A stretch of 64,000 nucleotides of DNA, taken from NCBI GenBank assembly GCA_903847935.1, contig CAINEX010000003.1, positions 13,250-77,249 on the forward strand, written 5' to 3'. The DNA comes from an uncultured Spartobacteria bacterium (GTDB lineage Bacteria > Verrucomicrobiota > Verrucomicrobiia > Chthoniobacterales > UBA6821). Every line of letters begins with the position of its first letter. Within the stretch, counting starts at the first letter, position 1. Of the stretch, positions 9,621-17,872 are shown in pieces. The position numbers and the translations under genes are program-made. The notes under the pieces are model-generated. The model ran no database searches, was not told the origin of the DNA, and worked only from the letters and a program-made list of their open reading frames with translations.

Positions 9621-10040
9621 ATGACACGACTCCTCTCTCATTCACTTCCTCGCCTTGCCCTCCTTCTGCTCGTGATGGTCTTGTCGGCCTGCGCCACCCA
9701 CCTTCAGAAGAAGGAGAGCTACCTGCGCGAGGCCGGGTTTCATGCCGTCACACCTGTTACCCCGGTCCAGATTGCCCGGGTCAAGGCGCTCCCTCAGGGT
9801 CACATCACCCGCGTGAAGCGCCAAGGGAAAGTCCTCTTCGTCTTGGCCGATGCCAAGCAGAATTTTGTCCTCATCGGCGGCGATCCTCAGTATCAGCGCT
9901 ACCAACAGATCCTCTATAAGAAGGAAGTCATCCCCGGCATCGGGGAAGATGAGGAGATGAAGGCCTTCGACGAGGCGGGCGGACCATTGGAAGGCTTGTA
10001 CGGTCCGATGGGCATGTTCGGTGGCCCGATGTTCTACTAG
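9621..10040 (+). CDS. Lipoprotein of unknown function (paralogue A)
   Basis: Lipobox LSAC. Conserved core CATHLQKKESYLREAGF ... LPQGHI ... GGDPQYQRYQQILYKK is shared with the next gene. Confidence 0.6.
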   Translation: MTRLLSHSLPRLALLLLVMVLSACATHLQKKESYLREAGFHAVTPVTPVQIARVKALPQGHITRVKRQGKVLFVLADAKQNFVLIGGDPQYQRYQQILYKKEVIPGIGEDEEMKAFDEAGGPLEGLYGPMGMFGGPMFY

Positions 10041-10092
10041 CCTGCTCTTCCTGATCGACTCAACAAAGGGTTGTGATATCTCTCCACTTGCT

Positions 10093-10482
10093 ATGAATCG
10101 CCTTCTCTCCCTGCTAGCCCTCCTTCTCGCTGTGTTGCTCACTGGATGCGCCACCCACTTGCAGCAGAAGGAGAACTTTCTGCGTGAAGCCGGATTCCGC
10201 ACCGTGAAGCCTTCGACTCCGGAACAGATCGCCCACTTCCAATCCCTCAGGCAAGGACACATCAGCCACGAGACCCGCAATGGGCAGACCCTCCACATGT
10301 TGGCCGACCCGGGTCAGCATATTCTCCTTGTAGGAGGAGATGCTGAATACGAACGGTACCAGGAGATCCTCTACGCAAAGGTCGTCGATCCCGATACCGC
10401 CAGCGCCAAGTTCACCCAGGGACTGGAGAATGCCTGGAACAATGGTTGGGGGGCGGTCCTCGGCTCCCTCGTCCCACAATAA
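10093..10482 (+). CDS. Lipoprotein of unknown function (paralogue B)
   Basis: ATG at 10093 gives MNRLLSLLALLLAVLLTGC. Core CATHLQQKENFLREAGF ... LRQGHI ... GGDAEYERYQEILYAK is paralogous to 9621..10040. Confidence 0.6.
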   Translation: MNRLLSLLALLLAVLLTGCATHLQQKENFLREAGFRTVKPSTPEQIAHFQSLRQGHISHETRNGQTLHMLADPGQHILLVGGDAEYERYQEILYAKVVDPDTASAKFTQGLENAWNNGWGAVLGSLVPQ

Positions 10483-10492
10483 TTTTGCCTCG

Positions 10493-11062
10493 GTGAGCAA
10501 GCCCCGCATCTTGGCCTTCGGTGGAAGTCTCCGCCGTGATTCGTTGAACCAGAAGCTCGCGGCCATTGCCGCCGAGGGGGCGCGTGAGGCGGGTGCGGAG
10601 GTGACGCTAATCGAGCTGCGTGATTTCCCGATGCCTCTCTTTGACCAGGATCTCGAGGCGGAGATCGGAAAGCCTGAGCACGCCAAGCGCCTCAAGGATC
10701 TCTTCCTCTCGCATCAGGGACTCCTGATCGCCTCGCCGGAATACAACAGCTCCTACTCCGCAGCTCTGAAGAATGCCATCGACTGGGTCTCGCGCGGTGA
10801 CAACCCCGACGAGCCCCCGATCTCAGCGCTGGCAGGGAAGCGTGCCGTGATCATGGCAACCTCACCAGGTGGACTCGGCGGTCTGCGTGGACTGGTTCCC
10901 CTGCGGATGCTCCTCGGCAATCTCGGCATCACCCTGCTCCCCGACCAGATCGCCATCCCCTCCGCCTTTCAGGCCTTTGGCCCGGACGGCCACCTCGTCG
11001 ATCCTAAGCAGGAGGCTAAAGTCAAAGCCCTGGGCGCAGCGTTGGCGAAGAATCTGAGGTAG
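10493..11062 (+). CDS. NAD(P)H-dependent FMN reductase family oxidoreductase
   Basis: In-frame GTG at 10493 gives VSKPRILAFGGSLRRDSLNQKL, the typical flavodoxin-like FMN_red N-terminus, and SPEYNSSYSAALKNAIDW follows. The upstream part of ORF 10340.. overlaps the preceding gene. Confidence 0.7.
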   Translation: MSKPRILAFGGSLRRDSLNQKLAAIAAEGAREAGAEVTLIELRDFPMPLFDQDLEAEIGKPEHAKRLKDLFLSHQGLLIASPEYNSSYSAALKNAIDWVSRGDNPDEPPISALAGKRAVIMATSPGGLGGLRGLVPLRMLLGNLGITLLPDQIAIPSAFQAFGPDGHLVDPKQEAKVKALGAALAKNLR

Positions 11063-11166
11063 GCTAAGGATTTAGGCGCGAGCCTTCCAATCTCGCTCTG
11101 CGGCCGCAATTCAGAAGGTTTTTGATTTGGATCTCACGAAGGCGGGAAGTTAAATATTAGTTTCCG

Positions 11167-12150
11167 ATGCCATCCTCTCGCCAATCTGAAGAACGCAGAG
11201 ATGCATTTCGGAGGATTGTGCCTTTCTTTGGGAAGATTATTCCTTCCATCAAACTTAGATCTCCCGGAGATGATCTGCCCGGCGTTAAAACGATTCATCC
11301 GCTTATTGAGGGGATTTATAAACCCGCAGATTCTCTTTATGCCTTTAGCATCGCCTCGATGTTGAAGAGTCCCTATGCGGATCAAACATTTTTCAATCCC
11401 GATGGGTCATGGTGGTTGTGGTATAGCCCAAAGGATGGGGGATTAGATATAGCGGCTAATGCTTCGCTTATGCGTTGCATGCAAGAGCGGGAACCAGTCT
11501 TAGTGCTTAAACAGATTGGTGATAAAACCAGTAAAGGCGGAGCTCGTCATCGAGTACTAGGCCTTGGATTCATTGATGAATTTAGTGCATCTCAAAATGC
11601 ATTTCAGATACGGGGCCTGAACGATGCACAACTTCAATCTTATCTGCATGTTGGCCTTGATACGGAAGACGTCCTTGAAGCTGCTTTACGACTACAGTCG
11701 CTCGAAGCATGGTCCCCTTTTATTCAAGAAGAGCGTGCTATCTATCATGTATCCCGAATCAAGCGCGACGCAGCATTTAGGCAAGTAGTACTAGATAACT
11801 ACGATCACACCTGTGCTGTAACGGGGCAGAAGTTTGTTTATGAGCACCGAGTTTTTGAGGCCGATGCAGCTCATATTATTGCTAAAGGCAAACTTGGTAG
11901 CGACGATCCTCGTAATGGAATAGCTCTCTCTAAGAGCGTTCATTGGGCTTTTGATCAAGGTGTATTCACTATATCGGATCAGTTTGAAGTTCTAATTCAC
12001 CCGAAAGCAAAACAGGCCACCTCACAAAATTTTCCTCTGCTAGATGCGCATGGCCGACAAATTGTTCTGCCTTCAGATACTGCATACCATCCTCACTCCG
12101 ATGCTCTTGAGTGGCACAGGAAAGAAATGTTTGGTCGCTTTGCGGCCTAA
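11167..12150 (+). CDS. SRA/YDG-like domain + HNH (HNH_2-type) nuclease; candidate modification-dependent restriction endonuclease
   Basis: C-terminal DHTCAVTG...AAHIIAKG...NGIALSKSVHWAFDQGVFTI matches the HNH_2 pattern. N-terminal GIYKP..YAFSIAS..YADQ..WYSPKDGG..EPVLVLKQ..VLGLGFI matches the SRA domain pattern. The gene is markedly lower in GC than its flanks. Confidence 0.7.
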   Translation: MPSSRQSEERRDAFRRIVPFFGKIIPSIKLRSPGDDLPGVKTIHPLIEGIYKPADSLYAFSIASMLKSPYADQTFFNPDGSWWLWYSPKDGGLDIAANASLMRCMQEREPVLVLKQIGDKTSKGGARHRVLGLGFIDEFSASQNAFQIRGLNDAQLQSYLHVGLDTEDVLEAALRLQSLEAWSPFIQEERAIYHVSRIKRDAAFRQVVLDNYDHTCAVTGQKFVYEHRVFEADAAHIIAKGKLGSDDPRNGIALSKSVHWAFDQGVFTISDQFEVLIHPKAKQATSQNFPLLDAHGRQIVLPSDTAYHPHSDALEWHRKEMFGRFAA

Positions 12151-12256
12151 TTATTGTGGCGCCGCAATCTTATATGCGGGGCTAGGCGTGCGAGTGAAGC
12201 CGTAGTAGAGCTACGGCGATCGAGCAACAACAACGCCCCGCGCCAAGAGTGCAAGA

Positions 12257-12278
12257 GGACAGCCTAATTAGGCTGTCC
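12257..12278. repeat. Perfect 22-nt palindrome overlapping the secA stop codon
   Basis: GGACAGCCTAATTAGGCTGTCC forms a 9-bp stem with an AATT loop. No U-tract follows on either strand. Confidence 0.8.
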
Positions 12279-15261
12279 GCCCACAGCAGGATTTGAATTT
12301 TTTGCCGGAGCCACACGGACAAGGATCATTCCGCCCCGCCTTCACCACCTGCGCCCTCTGCACCGGCTTCTGCTGCATGGCTTGCTCGAAGACAGACTGC
12401 GGCGCGGCGGCCTGCGTGGCGTCGGCTTCCCCTTCGTTCGCGCCAAGGTGTCCCTCGGAACCGAGCAGATCCCTCTGCAGGAGGTGATGCGGCATGGAGG
12501 CGAGCAACTGCTCGAAAGCCTGGAGGTTGGTGGTGGAGCGGAAGAGGTTGTTCAGGACCTCGTTCTTGATGCTCTCCATGAGCTCCACGAACATGGCGTA
12601 GGCCTCGGTCTTGTACTCGGTGAGCGGGTCCTTCTGACCGTAGGCGCGGAGGTAGACAGCCTCGCGGAGTCCGTCCATGGCGTAAAGGTGCTCCTGCCAG
12701 AGGCGGTCGACGGCGTTCAGGATGACATACTTTTCCAATCCCGATCGGGCGGCAGCATCCTCGATTGCGGCCTTGCGGTCGTAGGCCTCGACGAGCGTCG
12801 TGGCCAGCCACGCACCGTTCTCTTCGATATCGCGGCTCTCGAAGGAGCACTTCTCGCGGGTGAGGCCGACAGGGAAGGTGGAGTTCACCCACTGGAGAAG
12901 TCCGGCGACATCAGGCTCCGAGTCACTGCTCTCCGTCGTCAGGAAAGCCGCCACCTTCTTCGGCACGACTTCGTTGATCACCTCGTGGATGAGGACGCGA
13001 GGGTTCTCGGCATCCATGACCTCGTTGCGGTAGCCGTAGATGACTTCGCGCTGTTGATTCATCACGTCGTCGAACTCGAGGGTCCGGCGGCGCATGAGGT
13101 AGTTCCTCTGCTCGACGCGCTTCTGCGCCGTCTCGACGGACCGATTCAGCCAGGGGTGCTCAAGCTCCTCGCCCTCCTTCATGCCGAAGGTCTCCATGAT
13201 CTTGGTCATGCGGTCGGCGGCACCGAAGTTCCTCATGAGGTCATCCTCAAAGCTGATGTAGAAGCGGGAACGTCCCGGATCGCCCTGACGGGCACAACGT
13301 CCGCGCAGCTGGCGGTCGATGCGGCGTGACTCGTGCCGCTCTGTGCCGAGCACGAAGAGTCCCCCTAACTCGGAGACTCCCTCGCCCAGCTTGATGTCGG
13401 TACCACGGCCGGCCATGTTCGTGGAGATCGTGACAGCCCCCTTCATGCCGGCGCGCGAGATGATCTCGGCCTCCTGCATGTGGAACTTCGCGTTCAGCAC
13501 GGTGTGGGGAATCTTGTCCCGTTTGAGCATGCGGCTGAGCACCTCGGAGGACTCGACGCTCGCCGTACCGACAAGGATCGGCTGGCCGCGCATGTGGGAG
13601 GCCTTGATCTCGTCGATGGCGGCCGCCATCTTCTCGCGGCGGGTCTTGTAGATCCGGTCGTTCTCGTCGAGGCGGGCGACGGGCCGGTTGGTCGGGATGA
13701 CGTTGACGGCCAGCGCGTAGATGTCGTGGAACTCATTGGCCTCGGTCTCCGCGGTTCCGGTCATGCCTGCCAGCTTCTCGTAGAGGCGGAAGTAATTCTG
13801 GATGGTGATCGTGGCCATCGTCTGGGTCTCGCGGTCAATCTGGACTCCCTCCTTGGCCTCGACGGCCTGGTGAAGTCCGTCGCTCCAGCGGCGTCCGGCC
13901 ATCTTGCGGCCCGTGAAGGTATCGACGATGACAACTTTGTTCTCCTCGACGACGTACTCGACATCCTTCTCGTAGAGGCAGTAGGCCTTGAGCAACTGGG
14001 CGATGTTGTGCATCCGCTCGGCAGAGTGATCGCAGTGGCGCTGGCGTTCGGCCTTCATGGCGGCTTTGCCATTGGCATCGAGATCGGGATCGTTCTCGAT
14101 GTCGGCGAACTCCGTCAGCAGATCAGGGAGGACGAAGGCATTCGGGTCGTCGGGGTTGAGGAAGGTGCGTCCCATCTCGGTGAGGTCAGCCTCCTGCTGT
14201 TTCTCCTCAATGGTGAAGTAGAGCTCCTCCTTGAGCGCGACGAGGGCATCCTTGGAAGTATCCTGATAGAAGGAGAGCTCGGCCTTGTCGGTGAGGCGGC
14301 GAAGCTCCGGATCCTCCATGGCACGCAGCAGTCCCTTGTTGCGAGGCTGTCCCAGCTTCACCTTGAAGAGGGCCATGCCGGCGGCCTCCTTCTCCCCCTT
14401 GGCGAGGAGCTCCTTGGCGTCGACCACGAGCTTGTTGATGAGCGCGGTCTGCTTGCGGACGAGCTGTTCGACAAGCGGCTTGAACCGATCGTACTGGTGA
14501 GTCGAGACGGTGGCCGGACCACTGATGATCAGGGGCGTGCGGGCCTCGTCGATCAGGATGGAGTCGACCTCGTCGACGATGGCGAAGTAGTGGCCGCGCT
14601 GGACCTGCTGGTCGCGGCTGGTCGCCATGCCATTGTCCCGGAGGTAGTCGAAGCCGAACTCGCTGTTCGTCCCGTAGGCAATGTCGCACTCGTACTGGGC
14701 GCGGCGCTCTTCGGGAGACTGGTCGTGCTGGATGATGCCGGTCGAGAGTCCGAGGAAGGCGTAAAGCTGTCCCATGCACTCGGCGTCACGGCGGGCGAGG
14801 TAGTCGTTCACCGTCACGACGTGGACGCCGCGCCCGGTGAGGGCATTCAGGTAGACGGGCAGGGTCGCCACGAGGGTCTTACCCTCACCGGTCGCCATCT
14901 CGGCGATGCGCCCCTTGTGGAGCACCATGCCCCCGACAAGCTGGACGTCGAAGTGGACCATGTTCCAGGTGTATTCGTGGTCGCAGACCATGAACTGCAT
15001 CCCGACCATGCGGCGGGCGGCATTCTTCACCACGGCAAAGGCCTCGGGGAGGATCTCGTTGAGGCGTTTCTGCAGGAGGTCCGGATCCTGAATCTGGGAA
15101 AGCTCGGCCTTCCAGGCGGCGGTCTTTTGGCTAAGCGCCTCGGCGGGAAGTGACTGCAGCGACTTCTCGATGTCGTTGATCTTGGTGACCAGCGGAAGCA
15201 TGCGGCGCACTTCGCGCTGGTTCTTTGATCCGACGATTTTTTTTAAGATCCAGTTGAACAT
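12268..15261 (-). CDS. secA: Preprotein translocase ATPase SecA
   Basis: 997 aa. MFNWILKKIVGSKNQREVRR N-terminus, MATGEGKTLVATLP Walker A, and the C-terminal zinc finger CPCGSGKKFKSCCG. Confidence 0.97.
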   Translation of the reverse strand: MFNWILKKIVGSKNQREVRRMLPLVTKINDIEKSLQSLPAEALSQKTAAWKAELSQIQDPDLLQKRLNEILPEAFAVVKNAARRMVGMQFMVCDHEYTWNMVHFDVQLVGGMVLHKGRIAEMATGEGKTLVATLPVYLNALTGRGVHVVTVNDYLARRDAECMGQLYAFLGLSTGIIQHDQSPEERRAQYECDIAYGTNSEFGFDYLRDNGMATSRDQQVQRGHYFAIVDEVDSILIDEARTPLIISGPATVSTHQYDRFKPLVEQLVRKQTALINKLVVDAKELLAKGEKEAAGMALFKVKLGQPRNKGLLRAMEDPELRRLTDKAELSFYQDTSKDALVALKEELYFTIEEKQQEADLTEMGRTFLNPDDPNAFVLPDLLTEFADIENDPDLDANGKAAMKAERQRHCDHSAERMHNIAQLLKAYCLYEKDVEYVVEENKVVIVDTFTGRKMAGRRWSDGLHQAVEAKEGVQIDRETQTMATITIQNYFRLYEKLAGMTGTAETEANEFHDIYALAVNVIPTNRPVARLDENDRIYKTRREKMAAAIDEIKASHMRGQPILVGTASVESSEVLSRMLKRDKIPHTVLNAKFHMQEAEIISRAGMKGAVTISTNMAGRGTDIKLGEGVSELGGLFVLGTERHESRRIDRQLRGRCARQGDPGRSRFYISFEDDLMRNFGAADRMTKIMETFGMKEGEELEHPWLNRSVETAQKRVEQRNYLMRRRTLEFDDVMNQQREVIYGYRNEVMDAENPRVLIHEVINEVVPKKVAAFLTTESSDSEPDVAGLLQWVNSTFPVGLTREKCSFESRDIEENGAWLATTLVEAYDRKAAIEDAAARSGLEKYVILNAVDRLWQEHLYAMDGLREAVYLRAYGQKDPLTEYKTEAYAMFVELMESIKNEVLNNLFRSTTNLQAFEQLLASMPHHLLQRDLLGSEGHLGANEGEADATQAAAPQSVFEQAMQQKPVQRAQVVKAGRNDPCPCGSGKKFKSCCGRTA

Positions 15262-15357
15262 GAAAAAAGGCCCGGTTTGTGGTATTTGGGCGAAGTGTGA
15301 CTAAACCCGAAGGCGCCCCTCGTAGCAAGCCAAGGAGGAAGTGATCGCGCGGGGGAA

Positions 15358-15876
15358 TTATTCGGTATTCCCGCGACGCTCGGCAAAAAAGGTTTTGAGC
15401 AGTTGGCCGCTCTCCTCACCCATGACGCCGCCGGTGATCTCACATCGGTGGCTGAGGCCCGGCATCTGGAGGATATTGATGCTCCCCCCGGCCGCACCCC
15501 CCTTGGGATCATGGCATCCGAAGATGACCCGGCGTAGTCGTGCATTCACCAGGGCACCCGCACACATGGGACATGGCTCCTTGGTGACATACAGGTCGCA
15601 CTCGTTGAGGCGCCAGTCTCCGATGGCATTCTCCGCCTGCGTGATCGCAAGCATCTCGGCGTGGGCTGTCGCATCCTTGAGGGTCTCCACGAGATTGGAA
15701 GCCCGGGCGATGATCCTGCCCTCCCTGACCACCACGGCGCCGATCGGTACCTCCTCGGCTTCGTAGGCCTTCACGGCCTGTCGCAAGGCCTGCCCCATGA
15801 AATAGGTGTCACTTGTGAGATCAATGATCGGCTCCTCATCCGGAGTGAACAAGGTGATGTCGGCGGGGTCATTCAT
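15358..15876 (-). CDS. tadA: tRNA adenosine(34) deaminase
   Basis: HAEMLAI and PCPMCAGAL zinc-binding deaminase motifs. 172 aa. Confidence 0.9.
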   Translation of the reverse strand: MNDPADITLFTPDEEPIIDLTSDTYFMGQALRQAVKAYEAEEVPIGAVVVREGRIIARASNLVETLKDATAHAEMLAITQAENAIGDWRLNECDLYVTKEPCPMCAGALVNARLRRVIFGCHDPKGGAAGGSINILQMPGLSHRCEITGGVMGEESGQLLKTFFAERRGNTE

Positions 15877-15879
15877 GCT

Positions 15880-16566
15880 TTATTTCGCGCTCAGGCTGCT
15901 GAACATGACATTCACGGTGCCGTTTGTGGCCTGAGGATAACAACCGGCCTTGAAGTAGTTCTGATAGGGCCAGAACGCCAGTGATCGGGTGACTTTCAGC
16001 TGGCCGTCGGCGAGAACCTTGAGCTGTCCACCTTCCACCACCACATCGATCTTCACCGGCTTGGGTCCGAGGCCCTTGACGAGGGTGATGACATCGTTTT
16101 GCTTGCCACTGCTGTCGGTCTTGATGATGGCCTCTAGGTTCCCGTCGTCGAGCGCCACCCTGAGCAAGGGAGGAGCGTTCTTCTTGTCATCGGTCATGCC
16201 GTGGATCTGGACAACGGTCACCTTGTCGGGAGAGAGGTGGGAATCCGTACGCACCACGGCGGAGAGAGCGTGGCTCTCGTTCGCCCTCCAATTCGGCAGG
16301 TGCCTCAACTCGGAGCGGACGTAATGGGTGTTGGGCGTGGTCCCCTTCTCGGAGGCATCCAGGTGAAAACACATCTCCTTGCCTGCACTGAGTTCAAAAT
16401 ATTTGGAAGCGTATCCTTGGAGGTCCCTGATCTCGACGGGTCCGGGTATATCGATCTTCCACTCCCGAAGATCGAAGCTGTTAGACGGAGGGGCAAAGCT
16501 CTCGCTCCTTGCAGGAAGGGAGATGAGTGCCAGCGTTGCCAGTAGTAGGAAGAGTAATTTTTGCAT
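15880..16566 (-). CDS. Secreted polysaccharide lyase family 7 (alginate lyase-like) protein
   Basis: PL7 signature blocks RSELR, VVQIHG and YFKAGCYPQ. Signal peptide MQKLLFLLLATLALISLPARS from the ATG at 16566. Confidence 0.75.
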   Translation of the reverse strand: MQKLLFLLLATLALISLPARSESFAPPSNSFDLREWKIDIPGPVEIRDLQGYASKYFELSAGKEMCFHLDASEKGTTPNTHYVRSELRHLPNWRANESHALSAVVRTDSHLSPDKVTVVQIHGMTDDKKNAPPLLRVALDDGNLEAIIKTDSSGKQNDVITLVKGLGPKPVKIDVVVEGGQLKVLADGQLKVTRSLAFWPYQNYFKAGCYPQATNGTVNVMFSSLSAK

Positions 16567-16633
16567 CAGGAGGAAGGGAGATGCTCGATCGCCCATCTCT
16601 GGGATAGCCTAAGCGACCAAGACGCGCTAGAAA

Positions 16634-17293
16634 ATGCCCATGTCCGCATCTCTCATTGCACCCTCGATTCTGGCCAGCGATTTCTCACGACTCGGTGATG
16701 AGGTAGCTGACATCACACGCGCTGGTTGTGACTGGATCCACTGCGACGTGATGGATGGCGACTTCGTCCCAAATATCTCTTTTGGTGCTCCGATTGTGGA
16801 GGCAGCGTCGCGCCATACGACGCTTCCGCTCGATGTCCACCTCATGATCCAGCGGCCGGACCGCTATCTGGAGCAGTTCCTCGGGATCCGTGGCGTGGAG
16901 TCGGTGACATCCCACCTTGAGGCCAACCATGATGCCGGCATCACGCTCGACCGGACGAGGGCCGCAGGAAAAAAAGCCGGCCTCTCCATCAAGCCGGGAA
17001 CGCCTCTGGATCAGGCTCGTCTGCTCTTTGGCCGCTTCGATATCCTGCTGGTGATGACGGTCGAGCCGGGCTTTGGCGGACAGCCCTTCATGAGTGATAT
17101 GCTGGGTAAAATCCGCGAGGCGTCACGTCTCCGGAAGGATCTGGGCCTTGGATTTCAGATCGAAGTGGATGGCGGCATCAATGTGGAGACGGCAGCGCTC
17201 TGCCGCGAGGCCGGCGCGGACGTCATGGTGGCAGGCACCTCGGTCTTCAAGGCTGCCGATCGCGCGGAAGAGATCCGCAGGCTACGCGGGTAA
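16634..17293 (+). CDS. rpe: Ribulose-phosphate 3-epimerase
   Basis: IAPSILASDFSRLGDEV, DWIHCDVMDGDFVPNISFG and VMTVEPGFGGQPF motifs. Confidence 0.93.
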   Translation: MPMSASLIAPSILASDFSRLGDEVADITRAGCDWIHCDVMDGDFVPNISFGAPIVEAASRHTTLPLDVHLMIQRPDRYLEQFLGIRGVESVTSHLEANHDAGITLDRTRAAGKKAGLSIKPGTPLDQARLLFGRFDILLVMTVEPGFGGQPFMSDMLGKIREASRLRKDLGLGFQIEVDGGINVETAALCREAGADVMVAGTSVFKAADRAEEIRRLRG

Positions 17294-17318
17294 CGGCGCG
17301 CCGCACCTGCCGATCAGC

Positions 17319-17864
17319 TCAGCTGAAAAAAAGTTCCCGGAGGAGTTGGACAAGTCCCGCCGTGCCGAAAACGAGGCTCACGCCCCAGAGCCCTTTTTTT
17401 CGCGTGATGGCCGAGATGGCACCGATGGCGATGGCGATCTGAAAGAGCGTTACCCCGTTGGCCAGCGTCTTCCGCTGAGCTAACCGATGCGCGGCATCGC
17501 GCTGTTTCTCCTCAGCAGTCTTCTTGATCTCTGCCATCTCCTTTTCATAGCGGCCCGCTTTCTCCCGATCGGTTGCTGATGAAGTTGTTCCGCTCAGCGC
17601 TTGAAGAGTCTCCATCTTGGCGCTTAGTACCGCTCCTTTGATGCTCTTGGCCTGGTAATAAGCCCACTGATCCGAGGCTAGGATCTGATCCACCAACGCC
17701 TCGTCCGCACGTTCCCCGGCAAGGTAGCCCGTCACGGCCGCGAGCGCAGCGATCAGGGCTGTCGTGAGGGCAATACGCGTGAGCAACCCCTCCTTCGCCT
17801 CGGAGGCCCTCTCATTCAGGCCTTCCTGAAGGTCGCGGACGGTCTCCTCGGCTGGATTTTCCAT
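17319..17864 (-). CDS. DUF4337-like membrane protein
   Basis: 181 aa with two TM segments and the SDQWAYYQAKSIK motif I associate with DUF4337. Confidence 0.55.
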   Translation of the reverse strand: MENPAEETVRDLQEGLNERASEAKEGLLTRIALTTALIAALAAVTGYLAGERADEALVDQILASDQWAYYQAKSIKGAVLSAKMETLQALSGTTSSATDREKAGRYEKEMAEIKKTAEEKQRDAAHRLAQRKTLANGVTLFQIAIAIGAISAITRKKGLWGVSLVFGTAGLVQLLRELFFS

Positions 17865-17872
17865 CAGGAAGG

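Noticed and set aside
11103-12168. An 8-bp direct repeat GCCGCAAT at 11103-11110 and 12161-12168 flanks the HNH island, and could be a target-site duplication.
   Set aside because: An 8-nt match between two ~100-nt flanks is expected by chance with a probability of roughly 0.1-0.2. No integrase, transposase or inverted terminal repeats accompany it.
13480-15153. Long antisense ORFs opposite strongly conserved genes. These are 13480..15153 and 12382..13329 (opposite secA), 35606..37114 (cysS), 55629..57032 (lptB/hprK), 39350..40333 (thyA), 62145..63113 (pfkA), 23102..24085 (glnD), 8594..9028 and others.
   Set aside because: The opposite strand encodes unmistakable conserved proteins across the whole span. 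The antisense translations are low-complexity, rich in Arg, Gly, Ala, Leu and Val, as expected for shadow ORFs in GC-rich DNA. None has a recognisable motif.
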